Below, one piece after another: positions 1 through 12,859 of a stretch of DNA of 64,000 nucleotides; the stretch's first letter is position 1, and every line of letters starts with the position of its first letter. The stretch covers positions 10,741,407 to 10,805,406 of the forward strand of contig OZ199838.1 of the NCBI GenBank assembly GCA_964304625.1, read 5' to 3'. The DNA is from Kudoa neothunni. Lineage: Eukaryota; Animalia; Cnidaria. A program made the position numbers and the translations under genes. The notes under the pieces were generated by a model. It had not been told where the DNA came from. It worked only from the letters and a program-made list of their open reading frames with translations, and did not search any database.

Positions 1-67
1 GATAAATCTCAAATGTTCTCAAGTTAAAATCTATTAATGTAATAATTTGACTAAAAATTTCTTACAG

Positions 68-1391
68 GCGATCAATATGAAAACAACGAAACACTCACCG
101 AATGCATCAATTTAATTTACGCCGATGAATATCAAAACCGCGGTTGTATACAGTTTCAATTAATTAAGGATGATATTGACGATGGTACTATTTGTGAGAG
201 TTTATGGCGAGTTATTTGTTAATTTTTCTCTTTCCAGTACTACTTGCTGACAATTTCTGTAAAATTATCACCTCTTACACAAATGAAGGGGGAAACTACT
301 CTTTTTTTATTGAACCAACTCAAACTAACCCAATGTAGAGATGTTTTTATTTATTTTTCTAAAACTTTTTTTTTAGTGATCAGTTGGAAAACTTCTTTAC
401 TATTGAACCATCTCCATCGTCAAATGTTTGTTACTTGTACTATTATTGATTTCACGCACTCTTATAGAGCAGTTACATTGACTTTTTTGATTCCGTCTAT
501 TATAAAATTCCGTATGAAGGCTATCTGAAAATTCCTCAGAACGATTATTTAGTAGTTTTTATAGGTTGGAGATTATTAATTAATGCAACTTTAGGATTTT
601 TCATTGATATGTCTGTCAGATTCGAATCTAGCACCTGTTGGGTCGGATGCCGACGTTAATTTGATGAACTGTAGTAGTATGCCGCACACGGATAACATTT
701 CTGTATCTTTTTTTATTATTTAAAAAATGAACTGTTGTTTTGTAGATGGAATCCCGAATGCTATCAAATTCTTCATCCCATCTGCCTACATGTATGTTGG
801 TTCTGGCTATATACCTTGCTGAAATTTGTTATGTAGGTTATAATAAAAATGAATTTGATTGGCAACACAAATCCATGGGTGCCATCTCATCAAGTAATAT
901 TGCAATATATTTCCAGTCCAATTATCAACTATTAACAGACCAATGCTACTCTTTAACAGACCACAATAAAAGCAGTTATCAGGAGAATCTACCCAATAAC
1001 AAATATTTCGATGATAGCTCATTATCTTCAAATTCTGAGGTATTATTTGAATATCATTTCCTAGCTAATTGTTCCATAGAATATGGTAGATGACGACAAG
1101 TACGACTTCGCTGGAATAAATATTAATATTGGTATAACTAACCTCGAAGATGACACTCAACGAAAATCGAAAATTATCAAGAGTACTAGTCTAAGTACCC
1201 TGAAAAATAAGCTCGAAAACGTCGGAAATAAAACAAAAGCCCATTTCCAACAATTTGGAAATTGGATCAAAAAAAATGCACAGTCCAGTGTAGATAATCA
1301 GTCGATGATTTCATTGGACAGTTCCTACAACAAAGAACCGACTAAGTTAGTCAATCCATATGGAAATATTAAACTAAACATAATCCAATAA
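68..1391 (+). CDS. 3' part of a multi-exon gene of unknown function; begins before the window
   Basis: A continuous frame can be built with short GT-AG introns (e.g. 185-237, 703-745, 792-836, 1040-1079). It joins ORF-track pieces 746.. and 1083..1391 and ends at TAA 1389-1391. No domain recognised. Confidence 0.6.
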
Positions 1392-2316
1392 TTTTTCTAT
1401 TATTCCGCTGATACAGTTTGTTTCTATCAATGAGAGTAATAAAGTCAGCAATTTAAATTTTAATTGTATTATTAATAAATAGTTTAATTATCACCATTAT
1501 TAGGCTTTAAAGGCTTATCAACTATCAATGGGTATAATTATTTGAAATTTTGTTAGTTGATAACGTTCTAATTCCTATTTAATAAAGAAATTGGTCATTG
1601 GCACTGTAAATAATATTCAGGTGTAACTAGTTTTGACCATATTTAATTATTCCTAATCCTAAGAGTGAAGTGGCGACCAAAAATAATTAAATATTGCAGA
1701 TTCTAAAAAATTCAATTAGTAAACAACTTGTGAATAAGAGTTGCTGTGATTAAAAGTTTATAATGAGCAACTCTACATGCAGTTTAGGATTAAAATTTAA
1801 CGTTTTAAAAGCCTCTGCCTTTAATAGATTGACAAAGAAGCTAAAGTTTATTAAAATTCCCCCAATTTTCAATAAGATAGAAATAATATATTTTATGTAA
1901 GTTATTACCTATGTTTTGTAATTTTATACTACTTTTCCAATAATTTCTTATGGAGCCGATAAAGAATTCCTCATAGATATTAGATTTAACTCTATCCAAT
2001 TTTGGAAAAATGTCATATATTTTATTTGAAATTGTTCAGTATAACAAAAAATATTGACGCAAGCTATTAAGATGATTTATAACTATTCTTATAATAATTA
2101 ACAAAATAATATATGAGCGGAGTTACAAACAATGTTGGCTAGAGGAAAAACTCCTACAACAAATTTCATTGGTTTCAAATTATTTACTTATAAATAAAAA
2201 ATCCCCAATTTTTAGCTATGAATATGTAAAAAAATTATAACAAAACATACAAATTTATTTTTTTAATAATTTTTGTAAGAAATAAATCATAATTCCTATA
2301 TTTTTAATTTTTAAAA

Positions 2317-3633
2317 CAGTCAAACCTCGATTATCTGGAAACAGCGTTCTCCGACAGGTATTTTAAATTTTATTTGGACTTATTGAAATTACGTGTCAGT
2401 ATATGTTCGATTATCCGAAATCACTATTTAAACTTAATTCCAGATAAAAATACCACCCATCACCGTACGACATGTACAACGTAACATATATACCAATGCA
2501 ATATTCGAAATAAAAATATTTCCAGATTGGTTATTTATAAATTTTGCTTTAGAACTTAAGTTAAACATTCAATTCGTGTATTACTTTGTATTATATCTAA
2601 ACATATGCCTATACGTATTTTAAACAAACATTAATCACCGATTGTCTAAAAAGGTAGACTCTGCAGTAGGTGATGGGTGGGTGGTTCGTAATTTCTAAGA
2701 TTGCGCGCGTGATATTATGAAGAAAAAATGCTATAAATCAGCTATAATGATAAATTATTTTGAAGGAAATTACTCAGTTATAGTGATATTTTTAAGTTTT
2801 CTGACAATTGTAGCGCGAGATTCTCGTTCAGTACCCGGAATATGTTTATAACTATTTAAACAATATTATTTCATGTCTTGAAACAGAAAAATGAGAGAAG
2901 CAATTTAGAAATGAATAATTTTTCGTTCTCCTTTGTCAAATCTACGAAATTTGTCGTCTTCGTTACAGTTGCCATCACCGACAAAATCACTTATTTTAGC
3001 GTCATTTTCAACATTGTTTCCGCTTCACGCCTTGACTGGTTTTGGAAAAACTTTATTATTTCATATTTCTCTTTTAAAATCCTAACTCAATTTTTATTTT
3101 TGTTTCCCATTTCGCCCCCTATCGAAAACAAAAATCTCAGCGCACCTGATAAGTTACGAATCACACGTCACTACTAAATAATCCATACAAATATAATTAT
3201 ATTCAAAATATTTAATGTATATTCTTAGCGTTATAATTATTGTTTTTAATTCTTTTAAGAAATAAATAACTTATTATAACCTTAGATGTACGTGAATTTT
3301 GTAACATATTCTCAAATTACGAACTACAGTCATCCGCTGTACTCGGCTGTAGACGTCTTTTTCTCAGATAATTGCGTCCTATTTTTTTCTTTTGTCTTCA
3401 TTTTCTTAGTTAATAGATGTGCAAATATTTTTAACTTAATTTTCGAAAGTTCAACTATTTTACTTAATAAATAGTAAAAATTGTTTATAAGTCAAGTAAA
3501 CAATCCTTAAAGTAGAAATTTCAAAAAATTCGCGCGTAAATGCAATTATTTATGTTCGATTAACCAACCAGAACCTCGCTATCCGAAAAGAAAATAGCTG
3601 GTCCAAAATTTTGAAGTAATCAAGGTTTGACTG
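2317..3633. mobile_element. Non-autonomous pogo/Tigger-like (Tc1-mariner) element
   Basis: TIRs CAGTCAAACCTCGATTA and TAATCAAGGTTTGACTG; TA follows the right TIR; no ORF. Confidence 0.7.
2666..3174. mobile_element. MITE nested inside the pogo-like element
   Basis: Imperfect inverted termini GTAGGTGATGGGTGGGTGGTTCGTAATTT and AAGTTACGAATCACACGTCACTAC. Confidence 0.45.
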
Positions 3634-4176
3634 TAGAACATGCTTCTTAATTAATTTCTCGGGGTTTCAAAACTATACGTAAAATTCGTTCCACCATAAA
3701 GAGAAAGTGCAGAGAATTAGAGCTCCTATTATTCACCTTTTCATTCCCAAACTCTTTGTTATGTGATCTGAATAAAATATATTGCGTGAAAATGGTTTGT
3801 TATAATGATTTAAAGCGTTAAATGATCAATAATTTTGTTTATTGGTTATTATCATCAATTTACAGGAAAAAATGAGAATTAAGTAAAAATCCAATTCGTA
3901 CGTATCGTAGGCACGAAATAGTTTCATTCCGTATTTACAATGCATTGAAAATTTATTTTGTATTTTATTAATAAACAATGGCTTAATATAACCATTATGT
4001 TTAACATTGATCAATTTTATTTGTGCGCGCGCGCCAAATTAATGTGAACTTCTCATTTTTGGAACTGTTCCATATCTAAAAATCTTTAAAGCTTAAACTC
4101 TCAAAAAGAAGCACAACAGACTGGGTTTTAACAAGTCTATTTTCCCCTGAAATGGATATATTATATAATTATATAG

Positions 4177-4493
4177 CAGGGTGGAGAAACTACTGACCAT
4201 TGGCCTCATGCGACCCCTGAAAGATTCTATTGCAGCCACGAGTTTTTTCATTATGAACCTCAAAAAATTTTATATTACTCAATATTCATTATGTATTTTA
4301 TTCTCATTGAGTAAGAACAATTCTCTCAAGTGAGGCGACTTACTCGATTTGAAATGAATTGGTTTAAAATAAAAAATTATTGTTCTATTTGAATTCTAAT
4401 GTTAGTATAAAAGACAATTTTTGAATGTTGTGCCCCTTTATCAAAACATATTATCTACACGCGGACCCAGATAAAAAAGTTTATCCATCCCTG
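4177..4493. mobile_element. hAT-type MITE
   Basis: TIRs CAGGGTGGAGAAACT and AGTTTATCCATCCCTG; degenerate 8-bp TSD TTATATAG/CTATATAA. Confidence 0.7.
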
Positions 4494-5139
4494 CTATATA
4501 ATAATTTATTAGATTATGTACAACAATAATCCCTGTATAACTTTTTTAAATTAATCCTTCAACTTTTCAAATATATGTTAATATTTTTAAACTATGAAAA
4601 ATTTTATTTTAACAAGAATCTTGTATAGAATATACATTACGATGATGTACAAAAACAAATTACGTTGTTTAAAAATACATCCAATTTAAATTTTAGAATA
4701 TGTATTCTAGTGCTGGGATTCACTAAAATTATTTTTAATCTGTTTCGAATAAAGTATTCAAAATAGATCCTTATGGAGACGAAATTTGTTCTCTTATTCA
4801 CTTAAAATTTAAATGAGCATCGACCACGAAAAGGGTTTAAAAATTTCAAAATGTGGTTTTAATAGGAAACTGGAGAAATCCCAAATAAGATAAAAATTTA
4901 TTACAATTATCACTTTAAATCAATTTGATCTTAGATGCAAACATTTTTCAACCTCGTTAAAGCTGTCTCAAAATGATTTTTTAATTATTGGCGCTGCATT
5001 AAACGCTGAAATGGGAGAACATATATAGTGCATTAATGAATAAAGCTGATGTTGAGATAAAAAACAATAGTCCACTTATGTCCATATCCAAAAATTATCA
5101 AACATATCCTATAAAGTTGTAAAAATTACACTAATTTTT

Positions 5140-7221
5140 TTACCATATCTCTTCCTGATATAAGCCCAATTTTTGCATTCTTTTAATAAATTCTATAGCG
5201 TACTCCTTGTCTACAGGTACAGCACTATTTTCGACTATAACATCAACGAACGAATCTTTCACACTTTTTGGCATGGAATTCTTGGCGCTACCACACAATA
5301 TAATAACTATATTGAGGTCTTTTATCATTTCATAGATCCAGGCGGAATTTTGCTTGATAATATCTTGAACATAAATTTTATGAGGTTGATCTCGAGAGAA
5401 GGCAACAAACATTTCACAAACACCATGCTCAATTGCAGCGTTGAAAACCTCACTTAAGAGAAAATCTTTTTCACAATTCCTAAAGATTAATTATTTCAAA
5501 GTAAACACTGTATTCAAATTGCCTGAATCCTAGAAAAATTTTATTAGAATTCTTCAGCTCTTGTACTGATTGGTAGTGTCGAGCATGTAACAGCAATTCA
5601 CTCGCATAAAAAGCAAATGGTGCACAACCAGTTCCAGGGCCAATAAGAATTTTTGGTGTTTCAAAGGAAAAAAATCTTTTATTTATAATTATAAAAAAAA
5701 GCATTCTAAACAATAACTTTAAAATTCCAGGTCTAATCGATACAGCAACTTTTTCACCAACAAAAACCTGATCACATAAATATCTCGAGCATAAACCAAC
5801 TCTAGGGGTAGCAATTATAGTTTTATATTTGACTTTCGCAACAACAACTGCAAATTTGACGCAGCTGTAGGAATTATTCGATAAAGTCACCATTGTGCTG
5901 GGAATCGAATCAATTTTTTTACATGATATACTATAGGAACGAGATACTATCGGGCTCAAAAGGTCAAAAAGATGACCAACCTCAATATTACAAGCTGTGT
6001 TATAAAAATCAACGCAAACATCTATAAAAGATTTTTTAGGACGATAACAATAATCAAGATAATCATCATATATAGAAGCTATTTCAAGTAGACGCTCTTG
6101 TTCCCGAGAATCAGTAGAAATAAAATGCAAAACCAAAAACACATCTTGTTTTGGTACATTAACCAAATCAAAATAATTCTCCAAAAGGTATTTCAATGTA
6201 AACGCATTCCCAACATCATCACTATTAAATAGAAATTGAGGTTTTTCATCATAAGAATCCAGCAATTCAACCGTAATAGTTCTCTCAAGACTTTCGTTTG
6301 ATAATTGAAGCAGTTCGATTAGATTTTTGACATCTTCGATAGCATTTTTTGGCCTTACTACAGCAATATCACCTGGTTTGATATTTTGAGCTTGAGCAGA
6401 ATCGATTTCGCACTCAAAAGTTAATCGATTCACCTGCTGAAAATGATCATCTGATGTGATACGACAATTTTCTAACACTCGACAAATAACAGAATCATCT
6501 TCGCATAATTCCACATTCAGGTTTTGTGTATTCTCTATCTATATTTCAATGAACTCTATCATCACATATCGTTCAATACATTTATCTTGTTGTCAATATA
6601 ATTTATTTGAAATCTAGGGTGATAACTATTTAGCAATAAATTGCTCTCATGATTATCCAAATTTTGATTAAAAAACTCTTTCAACACATATTCTACACAG
6701 TTGTTTAGCCAAGGAATAGCTTGATAATCAGGTCCAGTAGGATCTTGATCATCAGCCAATCCCACATTCATTATGGGGCTTGCTCCCAGTTGTCTCAGTC
6801 TTTTGAATAGAATTAGACCACAATAATTATACCTAGAATGAATAAAGATTTCAAAAAATGATATGGCAATATGTAAATTCATTGTGGAATACTTAGTATA
6901 ATTGGAATCACCAAAACCTAGAACACCAAATTTAAGTCTGTTCAAATATTCGCCTATAGCGAGGTTTTTTCGAAGAATGAATTTCCAAAAATTTCCCATA
7001 TTTTTTGGAGGATGACCTTGTCCAGTGGTAGAAACAATAAATATGCACAGTTGCTTTTGTGGTAACGTCTCTATCCCACATCGATCTAATGAACTAATGA
7101 AACAGCGTACGCCGAAATCCCTCAATCTTCGCCATATTTTCCGAGAATAGCTTATAGCCGTTCCAGTTTCACTTCCGTAAAGTATGTGACATTGTGGATC
7201 CTGCTCTACACCACACATCAT
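5140..7221 (-). CDS. NDOR1: NADPH-dependent diflavin oxidoreductase 1 (5 exons)
   Basis: Flavodoxin motifs LYGSETGTA, VSTTGQG and GFGDSNY; FAD motif RSYSI; NADPH motifs IGPGTGCAPF, AFSRDQ and KIYVQD; C-terminal EEIW. Introns at 6833-6892, 6539-6579, 5676-5717 and 5480-5522 (GC-AG) restore one frame. Confidence 0.92.
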
Positions 7222-7345
7222 CACATGCCTTATGTATCTCGGTTAAGTTCGTATTTATATTCTCCAACTTAAGATTGGTATTGGTGGTTTTTATTTATCA
7301 CATAATTTTTTTACGTGAAATTGGGCAAAGCTCTCCAATTTAGAA
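7222..7345. promoter_or_regulatory. Putative bidirectional promoter of NDOR1 and LIPT1
   Basis: Only 124 bp separate the two divergent ATGs. Confidence 0.6.
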
Positions 7346-8431
7346 ATGAATCAAGTTTTGCGACGACAACATAAGCTAGTTGCTGAATCGCACTCATTTT
7401 TGGAATTCTATCAAAGTCATCTTGCAACTAACAGAGTTATCCCAATATTTGTGTCAAATTTTTTCAACCCTTATCTAAACTTTTCGCTCGAACAATTCAT
7501 ATTCAATAACAACAATGGATTATATGCTAGAAATAAGTCTATTCTTGTGTACCGCAATAGTCCGTCCATCGTTTTTGGCGCATTTCAAAATCCTTGGATT
7601 GAATGTAACATAGTGGGTGCCACTGAAAATGGTATCAATGTGTGTCGACGTAAAAGCGGAGGCGGAACTGTTTTTCACGACCCGGGAAACCTTAATTTTA
7701 CCATATTTTCATCCAACAAACATCTTCAACGTACCAACATCATGAATGAAATGGCTTCCTTCCTTGGAACCTTTTTCAATCGAAATATCACAGCCAATCA
7801 TCGTAATGATATAGTTGTTGATGGAAAGCTAAAAATCTCTGGTTCCGCCGCCAAGTTCGAAAAAAACAAAGCTTACCATCATCACACTCTTCTTTGCCAT
7901 AGTGATCTTGATCTGTTGGAAAAGATACTTCATTCGAACCTACCTAAAGTTTCTGAGAACTTCGATTCGAATGCCACCAAAAGCGTTCGATCGTCTGTTA
8001 CCAACCTATTCACGTCATTACAGGAATTCGAAAACTCTCTTAATGATATTATTTCGGGGTTTTCACAATATCTGTCAACTATGAATGACTGTCCTGTTCT
8101 AAATATTGATGTGGATAGCGTCGAAACCGAACAACTAAAAATTACAACTCGAGAATTTCAAAAATTTGATTTTGTTTATGGAAAAACTCCACCTTTTAAT
8201 TTTTCTGTCCAAGTTGACCTACAAACGTACAGATTCAGTATCAAAAATGGGTTGATTCGTGAGATTGGTGCGTTTACCGAAAATTATTCGTCTAGCTCGC
8301 CTATCAATCAAATCTATCGTCACAATAATGATACCGAGTACTATCCTTTTACGATGGAAGGATTGAATTCAATTTTTACTGATAAACGATTCGATTCTTT
8401 ATTGGATATTTTAGCTAAAATCACTTTCTAA
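7346..8431 (+). CDS. LIPT1: Lipoyltransferase 1, mitochondrial (single coding exon, 361 aa)
   Basis: Motifs QNPWIECN, RRKSGGGTVFHDPGNLN, RNDI, KISGSA, HHHTLL and SNATKSVRSSVTNL; basic N-terminal extension. Confidence 0.92.
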   Translation: MNQVLRRQHKLVAESHSFLEFYQSHLATNRVIPIFVSNFFNPYLNFSLEQFIFNNNNGLYARNKSILVYRNSPSIVFGAFQNPWIECNIVGATENGINVCRRKSGGGTVFHDPGNLNFTIFSSNKHLQRTNIMNEMASFLGTFFNRNITANHRNDIVVDGKLKISGSAAKFEKNKAYHHHTLLCHSDLDLLEKILHSNLPKVSENFDSNATKSVRSSVTNLFTSLQEFENSLNDIISGFSQYLSTMNDCPVLNIDVDSVETEQLKITTREFQKFDFVYGKTPPFNFSVQVDLQTYRFSIKNGLIREIGAFTENYSSSSPINQIYRHNNDTEYYPFTMEGLNSIFTDKRFDSLLDILAKITF

Positions 8432-10038
8432 CTTTTTTTCATTCATTTGTTGCCATTTTTTATTAAGTAAACTTTTTTGAAATCAAAAAAAGATAAATAT
8501 ATTTTCTTATCTTCTCGTTCAATCTAATCTATAGAATAATTTTTTTTCTATAAAAAGTTAAAGTTTCAATTTCAATTATTTTAAAAAATTAATTCCAAAC
8601 AGAGGGGTGATTAAATTATTCAAAGAACATTTGATTACAATGTATGCCTGGCATTTTAATAGGAATAATTTAAAGAAAGTTTTAATGATTAACTTATGAA
8701 TAAAACAATATTTGTTCAATATTCCCTGTTAGATGGTGAAGTGAACCTATCCAAAATAGGCAGATTAATGAAAAATAACATTGTTTCGTAAGAATAAATA
8801 TTATCGAGTTAAATTCTTCGTTCGATGGGTCGTTCGTGACAAAACAGGTTGCTTAGAAATGCTACTTTTAAAAAATATGTTATCTAATTACATTTTTTAA
8901 ATTTAAACCTGAATCTTTCCTTCTACTTACGATTTTTAAAGAAAAATAAAATATTATCATACTCGTAATCATGTTTTTACTTGTAGTATGTACAATTCTT
9001 AACCTTTACAGAAACATATATAATTCACAGGCCTATTCCAGTGAAGTTATGAAATAGTGTTTTTGTATTGAGAGTTTTGGATAATTGGGAAAATGCTAAT
9101 TTTTTTTGATTTAACCAATAAAAAACTACGGCAATATTCATTGGCATGTACGAAATGTGGTTTAACATAAAGTTTTCTTCCTGGTAGAACTTTTATTGAT
9201 ATTTTTAGTATTAAAATTTTCAATAGCCTCCATTTAACTAAAGGGTAAAAAGTTGTAATCTGTTTTGTGAAGCAATTTTATAGGTTCAAGAATTATACTC
9301 CGTATATTTTGTTGGGGGAAAAAGTTTCTGAATAAGGGAAGATTGTTTATATATGCATCATTTTTTCAAGCATCAAATGGAACTTTTGTAAAGAGCATTC
9401 ATTTATTTTAATGACAATGCTTGATTTCACATGTGAATTTAATCCTAAACCAACGCTTCTCAACTCAAATCGGACTCGCGCTCCCTTTTAATTAGAACAC
9501 GAAAGGCGCACCCACTTCTATATAGGATAACACTTAGCTCACTCAAAATATTGGGTAATTAGTCTTAGGTGTAACATAAAACTAGCATTAAGAATAAGTA
9601 AAAATAAAATCGTTAATCGTTCTAGTGAAATTTTAAAATTTTTTTCAAAAGAAATATGATATTTTCATATTTTATTCATGTATCAATAGTTAAGCGCATT
9701 TCTATACTATTTAAGTAATTCTAAAGTTTCGTTCATTAATATTTTGGAATAAACGAGACTATTATCTCTGCATTATATTAAAAGAAAATAAATAAAAACC
9801 GATTAAACTAGGAAAATCGATGATATATTTTAAAAAATTATTGTAAATTTTGATCCAATCTCACATCCTTCTAAACCATTAGCTCGCTCCCCAGTTGGGA
9901 ATCGCTGTCCTGAACGACGCGCCCGCGGATACAATCGGTCACTTTCTTTCATTATTACGGTAGAATAATCCCCATTTCTAACTGTTTGGACGACAAAAAA
10001 ATAAGCTTATCTATAACTATCAAAAAAATTTTTTTTTA

Positions 10039-12859
10039 TTAGAGTGAATTTTGACTTTTTCTTTTGAATATGATGAACCCAGCTACTGCTGCGATCATTA
10101 CAGCAACAATCAGTAGAACTACGACACTAAATAAAATTTATTGCACAGTCAAACCCATAATATATTTCTACATTGTAGTGGTCCTCGACCTAAATAAAAA
10201 ATCATCTTTAATACATTATACATATATAAACCTGGAACTGCTTTTCGATCCTATAAATCATATTAAAATTGAAAATTATTTATAAAAATACCTCTATATA
10301 TTTCATTAATGCCATAAATTGATGCATCTTGCAAACTGTAAATAGTTAGATGGTAGTCGTTATCGTCTGCTATTCCATTAATCGTGAAATTTTTACATGA
10401 TGGGAAAAGTCCACATCCATCAATTTCACCTCCCATACACGATTTGACTAGTGGATTGGATGCCACGCTAGTGACGATCAATTCCCATTTGCAAAGGGCT
10501 GACTCATCCATACTAGGTGGAAGCTGGTTTTCAACAATCAAAGCTTCGTCATTCCTTGTAATGGTGACAAGTATTGTTCGACTACTTTCAGTAGGGTTGC
10601 TCTTGGTATGTTCTATATTAAATTGTTTATAAAATTAAAAAGATTTTTACTGCCACATGAATAAATCTTGTTTACGTGGTCCTAAAGTAATGACACCTGG
10701 TGAGGATTTTCCAATGGCTGTTACCATGATTTTATATTCGTTTTTTGCCACGTAATCATCGTATATAATAGATCTGCACAATGGTAGTTCCATGCAATTA
10801 GAATTTTTTGTAGGGGTTGATGTTACTGACGAGACACATGTGTAGATATCTTCATAATTTTCTCCCTTTTTGACCTTAACCGTATACTCACAAATAGCAC
10901 CTACGTCCGGCGTAGGCAGGTGAACCTCTAATTCGAGACCTTTAAGGATACGCTTATGAGTTATAATTAATGTGGCTAAAGCTTCTAGGGGTTAACAAAT
11001 GAAAAAAGTTAATAAAATTACATGTTGAGACATTGAGGTGAATAATTTCACCAATGTTATTAGCTGCAATAATTTTAAAATCATAAGTTGTCAATGGGTC
11101 AAGATATATTATGTCCTGTTTATCTTTACAGAATCCTCTACAAGGATTGCTATCTTTACATTTTGCTGGATAAAATGTATTTTGTCCGGCCAAACTCAGG
11201 TAGTACTCACAACTTTCTTCAATACCGCCAACTGAGCTTCGATCACTGCTTCCAATAACTGATAAAACTGCACTAGATCCCGTTATATTTGAGACGGATA
11301 TTTGATATTTTTGAATAGCGTTTCCAACTTATCGGACATGAACACAAAATATAAATATAATATTACTTGTTTTAATTAGTATGTGTTCTTTAAAATCAAT
11401 TGGATCAGTTATACTTGATGGTGTTATTTCAAGCATATGCGGTCTTCCTGAACCACGATATTCCAAGTCTACTTTACCACAATCATTTTTGCATTCGTAT
11501 CTCTTAGCTTCAGAGCGTACACTATTATCTTCACAAGTTGCTTCATCAGGTGATGTTGGTCTAATAAGATCTGCAAGATATGATCTGAGGGTGCATTGTG
11601 TAAATGCAGTCGACGGAGCAGTTTTGAATAGTTCTCCATTAAATGTTGCGCTCATATGTGAATAGTTTGAGAGTAGCGCCACAGTGCCCACATTTGTCGC
11701 TATTACGGATTAATAAAAATAACTTATTACTTGATAATTACCTAGTTTGTTTTGGAGATATCCTTCTAAATCTGGACCCTCGGTTTTTGACTGGTCATGA
11801 TGTCTAGTTTGAATAAGTACCTTATAAAACACTTTCGCTGCATCGACCGTTAATTCAATGTCTCTGCAGAGAGCGTAGCAATCTCCTTCCTTGTTACCAC
11901 ATTTTGATTCATATTTGCTCGAAATTTCAGTGGACTTAGAACCTTTAATTCTGAACAAGCATATTTCAGAGAAGAGTGAATTTGTGAATTTCAAAACGAT
12001 TTGATTATTGTTACTTGTCTTCTTTGATAGATAATATTGCGGCTGGTATATGGCGATGTTATTTTTCATAAATTTGTTTGGCATATAATAATAAAAACTG
12101 GGATATTTTTCACATCTCATTTCATAATGAGGAATCAGATGAAAATGATACACACCGTTCTCTCTATTATTCTGTGTGCACGTCGTACTCCTTTTACCCT
12201 CAGCATATCTAACATTCTTAAAATAAATAGGACAATCCACAGGGGAACAGGTTTTAGTTGAGAATTTTAGGTCTCCCATAGTAGGTGAAACAGATATTGT
12301 GATTTGTGGATCTACCAATAGTGCTAAATACAATCTGTTGAAAACCTGACTCAGCAAAACAAGATTTTACGTGTGGAAAATCCATAGACTTTCCTCATAT
12401 TTGCAAGATTCGTCCCATGTTTAGAAGAAACGGATACGTAATTGATTCTTGGAGAGAGTTCGTCAAAACTCAGTAAATGATTATCACCAGCACATTGCCG
12501 ATAAGACTTGCTTCTATCGTCATCACGAGAATCAGAAAGACCAGCAATTATTTGAAAAGAAAGAGGTGTATTAGCTTGACGGATTTCTGCTTCGTTTGAC
12601 CTAAGTATAATGCACTCTTTTGTTCCATCGTAAGGAGCTCCTTTAAGTAGAAGCTTAATTTTATTATCATGTCCAATTGTGGGTCTAACAATCTGATAAC
12701 TTAAACTGCCAGGTTTGGGAGGTATTCGAGATGCATCATCTTGTGCATATTTCCAAAAATAATTTATAAATATAACTATGAATATGTTAAAATATTTTAT
12801 GTAATAAATAAACCTTATATACAGAAAATTAAAGTTGTCGGTGTTCGAACTAACATCAT
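10039..12859 (-). CDS. Type I membrane protein (~804 aa): signal peptide, Cys-containing FN3-like modules, C-terminal TM helix, 8-aa cytoplasmic tail
   Basis: Ten-exon model: 12859-12823, 12775-12371, 12323-11742, 11699-11367, 11327-11022, 10981-10676, 10612-10292, 10250-10232, 10189-10172, 10126-10039, all GT-AG. N-terminus MMLVRTPTTLIFFIFINYFWKYA; FN3 signature VSNITGSSAVLS...LDPLTTYDFKIIAANNIG; TM and tail IVVVLLIVAVMIAAVAGFIIF-KRKSQNSL*. Confidence 0.75.

Noticed and set aside
7346-8431. Intronless lipoate-ligase-like ORF as a bacterial LplA horizontal transfer
   Set aside because: The motifs and N-terminal extension fit eukaryotic LIPT1, which has a single coding exon in vertebrates too, and it shares a promoter region with intron-containing NDOR1.
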